From the NCBI GenBank assembly GCA_009886115.1, contig VFJJ01000220.1:1-34999 (forward strand): DNA of 34,999 nt, read 5' to 3'. Positions 27,581-34,999 of this stretch are shown here, piece after piece; positions within the stretch are counted from its first letter, which is position 1, and each line of letters begins with the position of its first letter. The notes below the pieces were generated by a model. That model made no database searches. It was not told the origin of the DNA and saw only the letters and a program-made list of their open reading frames with translations. A program made the position numbers and the translations under genes. Origin of the DNA: Actinomycetota bacterium (GTDB lineage Bacteria > Actinomycetota > Acidimicrobiia > IMCC26256 > VFJJ01).

Positions 27581-27738
27581 GGCGTCCTGAATTCTCGAGA
27601 GACGAGCGCACGGTGCGCTCTCGGTGGGAACCGCGTGCCGTCGGAACGTAGCGGATGTCCCACGGGACCGACAGGACGGTCGCCAGGCAGGAGCGAGCGT
27701 CGCGCTCAGCTGTGGCGCGCGGCACGTAGTCTGCGACG

Positions 27739-28713
27739 ATGTCAACCTCGGTACCAGCGACGCCTCAGGAATTCCTGGCCAGTCCCCTGAACCAGACGCC
27801 GTGGTACTACAGCGTCGAGGTGTTTCCCGGAGTCGTCGCAGGCGGGTCGTTCCCGGACGACCTGGTCATGTTGCCCCGGCTGCTGACGCGTCACGCCGAT
27901 GTCGCCGGCCACTCCTGCCTGGACATCGGGAGCATGGAGGGGTTGCTCCCTGTGCTCTTGGCTCGCCGCGGTGCCTCGCGAGTCGTTGCCACCGATGCCA
28001 TCCCCCACTGTGCGCCTCGCATGGAGGCCATCAAGAAGTACTACGACGTGGAGTTCGAGTTCTCTGCGGTCGGGCTGCTCTATGACCTGCACAGGAAGCT
28101 CGCGCCACAATGCTTCGACTTCATCAACTTCTCCGGCGTCCTCTACCACGTTTACTCGCCGCTGATGGCGCTCGCGAGCATGCGCTCGCTCTTGCGGCCA
28201 GGCGGCCTGATGGTCGTGTCGACGAACATCGTCCATGACGATGGATACCGAGCGGAGTTCAACGCCGGTGGACGCCTGCAACCAGAGGCCAACACGTTCT
28301 GGTACCTCAGCGTGCCGCTGCTCGACTACATGCTGCGCATGCTGCGCCTGGCACCCATCGACTGCCTGCATTTCGAGCACGCCGGCCTGGGCCTGACCCC
28401 GGACGTGCCTGGCCTGCGGACGGGGTACATGTCGGTCCTGTGCCAAGCGCGCGACGAGCGACTTCCGACCGGCGGCGATGAGTACCTCGATTCGCTGCAG
28501 GTGCACTCCTGGGAGTTCAACTCCATGACCGACTGGCAGGCAGCCGACAGCCATCCGCGGTCGACGATCCGCGCCACCGGCCCGTACGACGGCGTCGTCC
28601 AGCGTGACGATCTCGACGCGATCGACCTGTGGGCCACGGTCCAGAACCAGCCCGGGCACGGCCCAGCCGTCGCTCGCGACGCCCACCAGTTGCACCTCGA
28701 CGACTGGGAGTGA
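27739..28713 (+). CDS. Class I SAM-dependent methyltransferase
   Basis: CLDIGSMEG, RVVATD, FDFINFSGVLYH, LRPGG. Confidence 0.85.
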   Translation: MSTSVPATPQEFLASPLNQTPWYYSVEVFPGVVAGGSFPDDLVMLPRLLTRHADVAGHSCLDIGSMEGLLPVLLARRGASRVVATDAIPHCAPRMEAIKKYYDVEFEFSAVGLLYDLHRKLAPQCFDFINFSGVLYHVYSPLMALASMRSLLRPGGLMVVSTNIVHDDGYRAEFNAGGRLQPEANTFWYLSVPLLDYMLRMLRLAPIDCLHFEHAGLGLTPDVPGLRTGYMSVLCQARDERLPTGGDEYLDSLQVHSWEFNSMTDWQAADSHPRSTIRATGPYDGVVQRDDLDAIDLWATVQNQPGHGPAVARDAHQLHLDDWE

Positions 28714-28739
28714 CGCCGAGGCAGACGTGATCGGCGCCC

Positions 28740-28994
28740 CTATGATTCGAGTTCGCCGGTGTCGGCGACGCACGCCGAGTCGACGTTGCGCCCGATGTGG
28801 ATCACCACGAGCTCGGCCAGGGTCGCGACGATCTCATCACGCTCGCGAGGTAGATCGCTGACCCGCCAGAAATACCACACGCCTTCGATCAACGAGCGAA
28901 GAGCGAGCCCTTGCACGGTGGTATCGCCGATGGCATGTCCTCGCAACCGTTGGAGTTGCAGTCCGAGTCGGCGACAATAGCGCTGCACGTTCAA
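28740..28994 (-). pseudogene. Possible C-terminal remnant of a TetR-like regulator
   Basis: Helical ALRSLIEGVWYFW..RDEIVATLAEL pattern without an HTH; abuts the att remnant. Confidence 0.35.
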
Positions 28995-29028
28995 GTGGCC
29001 GTCTACGAATACGCGGCCGCGTAGGCGT

Positions 29029-29048
29029 GACCTTCGGGTTATGAGCCC
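29029..29048 (-). repeat. tRNA-Met(CAT) anticodon-arm fragment, att remnant
   Basis: Reverse complement GGGCTCATAACCCGAAGGTC matches the initiator tRNA anticodon arm and variable loop; T-arm and acceptor absent. Confidence 0.75.
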
Positions 29049-29247
29049 TCCCGATCGTCAGAGCGTTGTCGCAGGTCACCGGCAACTATCCAGGTCAGCC
29101 ACCGTTTCGTGTTGCCCGCTGGTGCCCGCTGCGCCCCTAGTTTGCCGGTGTGCTGTGCCATTTTTGTGCGATGGGACCCCGGCTTCCCCGACGCCACTTT
29201 GGCCCGGACGCGATCTCGCGGCCGCCGACACGCCCGTTGCTGCGCAG

Positions 29248-29877
29248 TTACGGAAACGGTGCGCCGGCGTCCCAGAACCCGTGGATTCGCATCTCGGCGT
29301 GGATGCCGTTCGCTTCGGCCTGGGAGACCGCACGTTCGTTGGCGGCGCGGGTAAGCAGCTTGCGGATGCGTTCGTAGCGGAACGCTCCGGTCTTGTTCAG
29401 ATTCTTCATGACGGTGAGGGCGTCGGTGTCATCGGTCGCGATGGTCCATCTGCGAGTGTGCGCGATGGCAACGCACGCCGCTTCGCCTGGGCCTAGCGGG
29501 TACCGGATGCCGTGCCGTTTGAGGTTCTCTCTGCTCTGCAGGGATGCGGCGAGGTTTCGCTCGTCTTCTGTCATGGGAACGGAACGGATGCGGCCGGCGT
29601 CGCTGAGCGCGTCGACGCGGGCGACTCGTTCGAGGGAGGAGTGGTCGCCTGTGGACCGCGCGCTCGCCTCGTAGTGACGGATCGCCTGGCGCATCTCGGA
29701 GAGTAGGTCGGACCGTGCCGAGGCAGCGTTCCCGTCACGTGGTTCCTCGGGGTCGTACACCGAGAACGGCACCTGAAGGGGATCGCCGATGAGTTCTACG
29801 AGCAGGTCGAACCGTTCGACCAACAAGAAGTAGAGCAAGACGACGGTGTCGACGATGTGAAGGTCATCCGATGACAC
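29248..29877 (-). CDS. PIN-like domain protein
   Basis: IVDTVVLLYF, LGPGEAACVAIA, IATDD; overlaps the upstream gene. Confidence 0.78.
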   Translation of the reverse strand: MSSDDLHIVDTVVLLYFLLVERFDLLVELIGDPLQVPFSVYDPEEPRDGNAASARSDLLSEMRQAIRHYEASARSTGDHSSLERVARVDALSDAGRIRSVPMTEDERNLAASLQSRENLKRHGIRYPLGPGEAACVAIAHTRRWTIATDDTDALTVMKNLNKTGAFRYERIRKLLTRAANERAVSQAEANGIHAEMRIHGFWDAGAPFP

Positions 29878-31075
29878 CGGTCTCCTCGAACTCCAGGAAC
29901 TCCGTTGCCACCTCGTCCGACAGGGGCTCCGCTCCGGTCTCCGGTTGTCCGAGGATCTGCACGATGTCGGGGATCGCGAGGCCGGCGAACGATGCCGCGG
30001 TCGGTGGCGACATCACGCCGGTGACGACTGCTTCCCTGAGCATTCGCAAGAATGGGCGAGGGAATCGCCGTATGCGCCACACCTCGGCGTCTTGGGCGTA
30101 CTCCTCAGGGTGAATTGAGTAGCCGAGCGAACGGGCAAGCGCGACAGGCCTGACCGCCGTCTTCATGGCCGCGTAGCTCTTCTGCGTGATGGTGTTCATC
30201 TGCCGTAGGCGGACCAGAGCGGTGGGCCAAGAAACCTGGAAGAAGCGCTGGACGTGGACCACGTCGACGGGATCGGTCAGTCGGGGAGGGAGGCCGGCCT
30301 CCTCCTGGAAGCGCCGAACGCCCTCGCTCGGCATCAAGAACTCGCCTGCGAACTCATCGGCGAACGTCTCACGTGGCGAGGTGCCGTAGGAGACCACCCA
30401 GTTTCTCTCGTCGCTGTGGAACAGCGCGTGCGCGATCTCGTGGCCGACCGTGAACCGGCGCCGCCCGGGGGTCATGTCGAGGTTGACGAGGATGGAGAAG
30501 CGGACCTCGGGATGGTTGAGGAACGCGCCCGATGGCGACTGGCGCAGATCGCTACCGAGCGGAGCTCGGTAGACGGTGATGCCAAGCATCTCGCACACAG
30601 CGTCCAGGTCCGAGAGCGGCCCCGTGCCCATGCCCAGGTAAGCGCGTACCTCCTCGGCCTTCCGGCGGGCATCATCCTTCTGCGAGAACTTCGGGCGGAA
30701 CACGAACGGGCTGTGCTCGAGCCCCCGAATCGGAGCACCGACGAGTCGGGAGAGCTCGGCGTAGCGCTCCAAGAACTGGACGAACTCTTGCAGACCTGGC
30801 GCCGACACCGGATCTTCAAGGCCCTCGGCACCACGCAGCAGCATCCCCGTCACATCCGCGCCGGCCGGCTCAACATTGCGTCCCTCGATGATGTCCAGTG
30901 GCTGCACGCCGTAGAGACGCGCCAGCGCGCTCAACTGCCGGTCGTTCGGTGACCGTGACCCGGCCTCCCAGTAAGACACCATCGCCCGACTCACACCGAG
31001 CGCTGCTCCCACATCGTCCTGGGAGTACCGCGCCCTCTCACGGGCGCGCGCCAACGCCGGGTGAAGGTCAGACAT
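29864..31075 (-). CDS. XRE-family HTH fused to ImmA/IrrE (COG2856) zinc metallopeptidase
   Basis: SQDDVGAALGVSRAMVSYWEAG; RRRFTVGHEIAH; ETFADEFAGEFLMP; AGGAGG RBS. Confidence 0.92.
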   Translation of the reverse strand: MSDLHPALARARERARYSQDDVGAALGVSRAMVSYWEAGSRSPNDRQLSALARLYGVQPLDIIEGRNVEPAGADVTGMLLRGAEGLEDPVSAPGLQEFVQFLERYAELSRLVGAPIRGLEHSPFVFRPKFSQKDDARRKAEEVRAYLGMGTGPLSDLDAVCEMLGITVYRAPLGSDLRQSPSGAFLNHPEVRFSILVNLDMTPGRRRFTVGHEIAHALFHSDERNWVVSYGTSPRETFADEFAGEFLMPSEGVRRFQEEAGLPPRLTDPVDVVHVQRFFQVSWPTALVRLRQMNTITQKSYAAMKTAVRPVALARSLGYSIHPEEYAQDAEVWRIRRFPRPFLRMLREAVVTGVMSPPTAASFAGLAIPDIVQILGQPETGAEPLSDEVATEFLEFEETGVIG

Positions 31076-31709
31076 GAGGGTGGCCTCCTGGAGGGATCCT
31101 GTTGCGCACTCTGACGTATCGCGCCGTGAAACGCAACAACCATCTGTTACGCTCTAGCGGGTACTACCCGAAACGACGCAACAGGAGGTCCTCCCTAGCC
31201 GTTGCCACCATGGGGCGCGTCTTCGCTTGGGCGACCGGACCCCAGGGGTTCGCGCTGAGCGCCGCACAGCGTTCCAAGCATGCGCTCGCCGTGCCCGGGG
31301 CCGACCACTTCCTCGACCCGGACGTCCACGTCGGATCGCTTGCCGGGCCAACCTGCGCCGAGATCCAGCTCGACCTGCTCCGCTTGGCGTCTTTGTCCTT
31401 CACGACCAGCTGATCTGCGTTCGGTGATCGCTACCACGGTCGAACGTTCGCCGCCACCTGGTCGTCGTCCGGTGGAACGAAGAGGGTCCACGGGCGTCGT
31501 TGGAGCGCGGCGTGCACTTCTGCACCACTTCGGTCGACGACTTCGAACGAGGACGTGGCTCAGATCGGCTGGCCCAGTTGACCTACCCGCCGCTGGCCAG
31601 GTGAACGGTGAAACGTGCCGGCAGGAATCGGCGCGGTCGCTGCAGATCGCGTCTTCGTAGTCTCGTCGGCGTGGTCGCCGTGCCGAATGCTGGCGTTGGG
31701 CGCTGGCGG

Positions 31710-33677
31710 TTACGCCGAAATCGGAAGTTCTGCTGCGGCGGGCGGGTGAGCTGGTCGGGAGTTTGTCGCTGGTGGCGTGGTGCGGTGGTGAGGTTTGTCT
31801 CGATACATGGCCTGGTCGGCGCGGTGGAGGAGAGTTTCGCTGTTGTCACCGGGTTCGGCGAGCGCGCCGCCGACGGCTGCTTCGGCAACGATGGCTTGGT
31901 TGGCGATGATGCACGGGTGGGCGATTGCCGCGAGAAGTCTGGCTTCGGTGACGTGCAGTTGTGTTTCGTCGTCGCAGTCGATCAGCATGGCGAACTCGTC
32001 GCCGCCGAGTCTCGCCACGAGGGCGCCGGGGTGGACTGCTCGGGTGAGGGCGTCGGCGACATGTCGCAGCAGGGCGTCGCCGGCTGCGTGGCCGATCGTG
32101 TCGTTGAGTTGTTTGAAGTGGTTCAGGTCCAGGTAGACGACGCCGACGGCGCGGTTTCCGGCCGCGAGCCGGAGATCGAGTTCGGCGAAGAACATCCGTC
32201 GATTCGCGAGCCCGGTGAGTTGGTCGTGGTTGGCTTCACTTTCGAGTTGCAGTTCGATCGCGGCCCGTTCGATCAGTGACGCCTGCAGCCGCGAGGTGAG
32301 CGATCGGAGCTCGAGATGGGCGACGACCTGCTCGGCGAGCGAGGCGAGGATCCGCCGGTCGGGTTCGTCGAACCGGCGGGCGCTCCGGTCGATCACGCAG
32401 AGCGTTCCCAGCGCGTTGCCGGCGCTGTCGATCAGCGGGGCGCCGGCATAGAACCGGATGTTGGGATCGGCGTTGACGAGCGGGTTTCCAGCGAAGCGGG
32501 GGTCCTCGAGTGCGTTCTCGACGACGAACACGTTGCTCTGCAGGATGGCGTGGGAACAGAACGCGACATCGCGCGGTGTCTCCGTGGCATCGAGACCCAC
32601 GCTCGACTTGAACCACTGTCGCGACGAGTCGACCAAACTGACGAGAGCGATGGGTGTCGCGAAGACTTCCGCCGCGATTTTGGTGAGCGTGTCAAACGCG
32701 GTCTCTGGCGACGTGTCCAGAATGCCAAGATTGTGGAGTGCCTGGATGCGGGCGTCCTCGTTCGGTGACAGCGCAGCAGGGACCGGTCCAACGGTGTCAG
32801 CAGGACGCTGGCGCGGCATTCGAAGCACCCGGTTCGCCGGTTGCGGCCGCCCGAATCGGTAGCCCTGCAACAACGACACACCCAGCCGACGCATCAGACG
32901 TTCATGTTCCACGGTCTCGACCCCTTCGGCGATCACCGCGAGACCCAACTCGTGACCGAGGCCGACAACAGAACGGACAATCGCTGTCGCTGCCCCGTCG
33001 CCGGCGGCATTGACGACGATCGACCTGTCGATCTTGACTGCGTCGACTGGCAGATTCATCAGATGGGTCAGAGTCGAGTATCCGGTGCCGAAGTCGTCCA
33101 GTGCGATCCGCACCCCCGCCTGTGACAACGCTTCAAGCGTCCGCCTCGCCTGGTCGCCGACCATCGCAGTCTCTGTCGCTTCGATCCACACCGACGTCAC
33201 CGGAAGCCCATGCGCCGCGATGGTCTCCAAGATCGCCACGCACGTATCCGGGTCCGCCAACGTCAACGGTGACATGTTCACCGTGACCGCCAGTTCAGGA
33301 TGCAGCCCTGACCGCCAAAGGGCCAACGCCGCACACGCCTGCCCAAGGATCTCGTGGTCCAACCGTGCGATCAACCCGCACTGCTCGGCCCCGGGGATGA
33401 ACCAGTCCGGTGTGACGACACCGAGATCCGGGTCGCACCAACGCGCCAAGGCCTCCAGCTTGGCCGTCCGCCCGGTTGGCATCTCCACGATCCGCTGGAA
33501 CACGGCCGTCACCAACCCAGCGTCGAGCGCACCAGCAAACCGTTCCGCCGCAAACCAGTCAACCTCCCCAGTTTCGGTTGACACTCCTGGTTGGGGGCGA
33601 GGACGCTCGCTCCTGGAGGGGAGTGGTGGTGTTGGGCCTGCGAACATGCGCTGGTAGTCGGTCGTCACGGCAGCCAC
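31710..33677 (-). CDS. c-di-GMP enzyme with EAL-GAF-GGDEF architecture (start uncertain)
   Basis: EALARW, DDFGTGYS, KID, EGVET, QGY; GAF with WFKS, FCSHAI, IRFYAGAPL; DLNHFKQLND, GGDEF. Confidence 0.9.
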   Translation of the reverse strand: MAAVTTDYQRMFAGPTPPLPSRSERPRPQPGVSTETGEVDWFAAERFAGALDAGLVTAVFQRIVEMPTGRTAKLEALARWCDPDLGVVTPDWFIPGAEQCGLIARLDHEILGQACAALALWRSGLHPELAVTVNMSPLTLADPDTCVAILETIAAHGLPVTSVWIEATETAMVGDQARRTLEALSQAGVRIALDDFGTGYSTLTHLMNLPVDAVKIDRSIVVNAAGDGAATAIVRSVVGLGHELGLAVIAEGVETVEHERLMRRLGVSLLQGYRFGRPQPANRVLRMPRQRPADTVGPVPAALSPNEDARIQALHNLGILDTSPETAFDTLTKIAAEVFATPIALVSLVDSSRQWFKSSVGLDATETPRDVAFCSHAILQSNVFVVENALEDPRFAGNPLVNADPNIRFYAGAPLIDSAGNALGTLCVIDRSARRFDEPDRRILASLAEQVVAHLELRSLTSRLQASLIERAAIELQLESEANHDQLTGLANRRMFFAELDLRLAAGNRAVGVVYLDLNHFKQLNDTIGHAAGDALLRHVADALTRAVHPGALVARLGGDEFAMLIDCDDETQLHVTEARLLAAIAHPCIIANQAIVAEAAVGGALAEPGDNSETLLHRADQAMYRDKPHHRTTPPATNSRPAHPPAAAELPISA

Positions 33678-33844
33678 TTGGGAAGCGGGGAAGCGAGAGT
33701 CGGGTTCATGGTGGTCCTGTCGCTGCGAAGTCTAGGCCGCGTTGTGCATTGTCTCGGCACGCCGAGCGGGGAACTGAATCCATTGAGGAGATGTTGATCA
33801 GCAGATCGCTCGGCTCTCGTCGCGCGCAGCGACGGGGAGGCTGA

Positions 33845-34660
33845 TCACGAACGTGGCGCCCTGGCCACTGCGGCTGCTGACGCTGGTTCGATTCCAACAG
33901 CGGTGTCGACGACCGAGAGCTCGACGATGTCGGCGGAGCCCTCGATGTTCCCGAGGTCCATCGTCTCCCCGACGTGCATCGCCAGCCGCACGGAGCCACC
34001 AGCGGGTGTGAACTTGAGCGCGTTGCTGACCACGTTGGCGATCGCCTGCTCGGTCCGGCCACTGTCGGCGAGCACGAGCAGGTCGTCGATCAGCTCGGTC
34101 ATCCGACGCGCATTGCGATGCGCGACGCTGAGGAGCTCTCTGTCTTGGTTCGTCAGATCGTTGGAGTCGAGCACCTCGTCCAGGTACCCGATGATCGCCG
34201 ACGTCGGGAGGCGCGGCTCGTGAGCGGCCGATGCGGCGATGTGTCGCTGTGCGCTCGCCGACTCCAGTGCAGCATCTCGGGCACGCTCGGCGGCCCGAAC
34301 GAACTCACGGCGCTCGGTGACGTCGAGCGAGACTCCGCATGTCGCGTAGACCCTGCCGTTGTCATCGGTCAGCGGAAACTTCATCGACTCGAACAGCTGC
34401 TCACCGCCGGCTGCTGCCGACGTTTCTTCCACTTCGAACAGACCGTCGCGGGCGCGTCGGTCGTTGGCCCGCCACGTCGGCGCCCGCTGAGCGTCCAAGA
34501 ATTCGTCGGTCTGGCCGAGCAGGTCGTGTACCGACGCCACGTCGTGGGCCGCCGCAAGCATCATCCCTGCCAAGACCCTGCGGCGAATCGTGTCGTTGCT
34601 GACGCCGAGGCGTTCAGCTACTTCACCGATGGTGAGCCGGGCCCGCCGATTCCGTTGCAT
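33845..34660 (-). pseudogene. Degenerate chimera: excisionase/MerR-like HTH plus PAS-HisKA-HATPase fragments
   Basis: LTIGEVAERLGVSNDTIRRR; SMKFPL..GVSLDVTER; degenerate H-box AHEPRLPTS; NVVSNALKFT; DTAVGI then a stop before the G2 box; deletion between LLVLA and DSGRTEQ. Confidence 0.75.
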
Positions 34661-34999
34661 GTCTGACAAGTTGTGCGGGGCGGTCGGCGCACGCTTCGTA
34701 AACCGGCGCTCCAACCGATTCACGGTCCGGCGATGGTTCGCGAGCGCAATCAGCTTCGTCGGCGATGATGCGCCAGTGCGCCGCTTGTGCACGGCGTGCG
34801 TACGCAGCAAACGCGAAGGCTGGCGTGCGTATGAGAAATCGCGATTTACCGACCTTTGCGAGGTCAGCACGGTCACGGCTGCGGAGGCATCGTCGCGCTT
34901 CAAAGCTCGGCTCCGGCGCAGCGGGACCGAGTTGCGTATGCAGCGGACCGGTCAGGGGTTGGTCAACCCGCCGGAAAACCGCAGGTCGGCGACCGTCCA

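Noticed and set aside
29029..29048. tRNA-Met gene
   Set aside because: Only the anticodon arm and variable loop; no D-arm, T-arm or acceptor stem
31102..31660. Several short overlapping ORFs between the XRE gene and the GGDEF gene
   Set aside because: No recognisable motifs or convincing start signals; probably degraded sequence

Overview
High-GC actinobacterial window; an Acidimicrobiia-like origin is an inference from gene content. (1) 47-1801: tRNA-Cys on the minus strand carries a decayed ~1.7 kb integrated element with a 43-bp att direct repeat, duplicated arm-type sites, an integrase cut down to its arm-binding domain and an intact-looking vapBC-type toxin-antitoxin pair. (2) 1.9-7.6 kb: an ABC-2 transporter, an orphan beta-class DNA methyltransferase with a DPWY motif, a deleted and frameshifted MFS gene, and a MoxR-type AAA+ ATPase. 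The ATPase is in the same reading frame as the downstream VWA ORF, separated only by one UGA followed immediately by a stem-loop. This is the best candidate for an undescribed system (recoding/readthrough giving AAA and AAA-VWA from one gene). (3) 7.7-28.7 kb: a lipid/sterol-type catabolic region with three intact P450s, a ferredoxin, three related RD(R/H)(S/T)WG proteins, an APH-like phosphotransferase, an acyl-CoA ligase, a GH3 glucosidase and a methyltransferase. It is interrupted by a persulfide/sulfur-detox module (ArsR-rhodanese, MBL-rhodanese, MFS) and several gene remnants. (4) From ~29 kb: a tRNA-Met-derived att remnant marks the probable edge of a second island with an XRE-ImmA/IrrE + PIN pair, an EAL-GAF-GGDEF protein and a broken histidine kinase. 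All family assignments come from motif recognition by eye; no searches were run.
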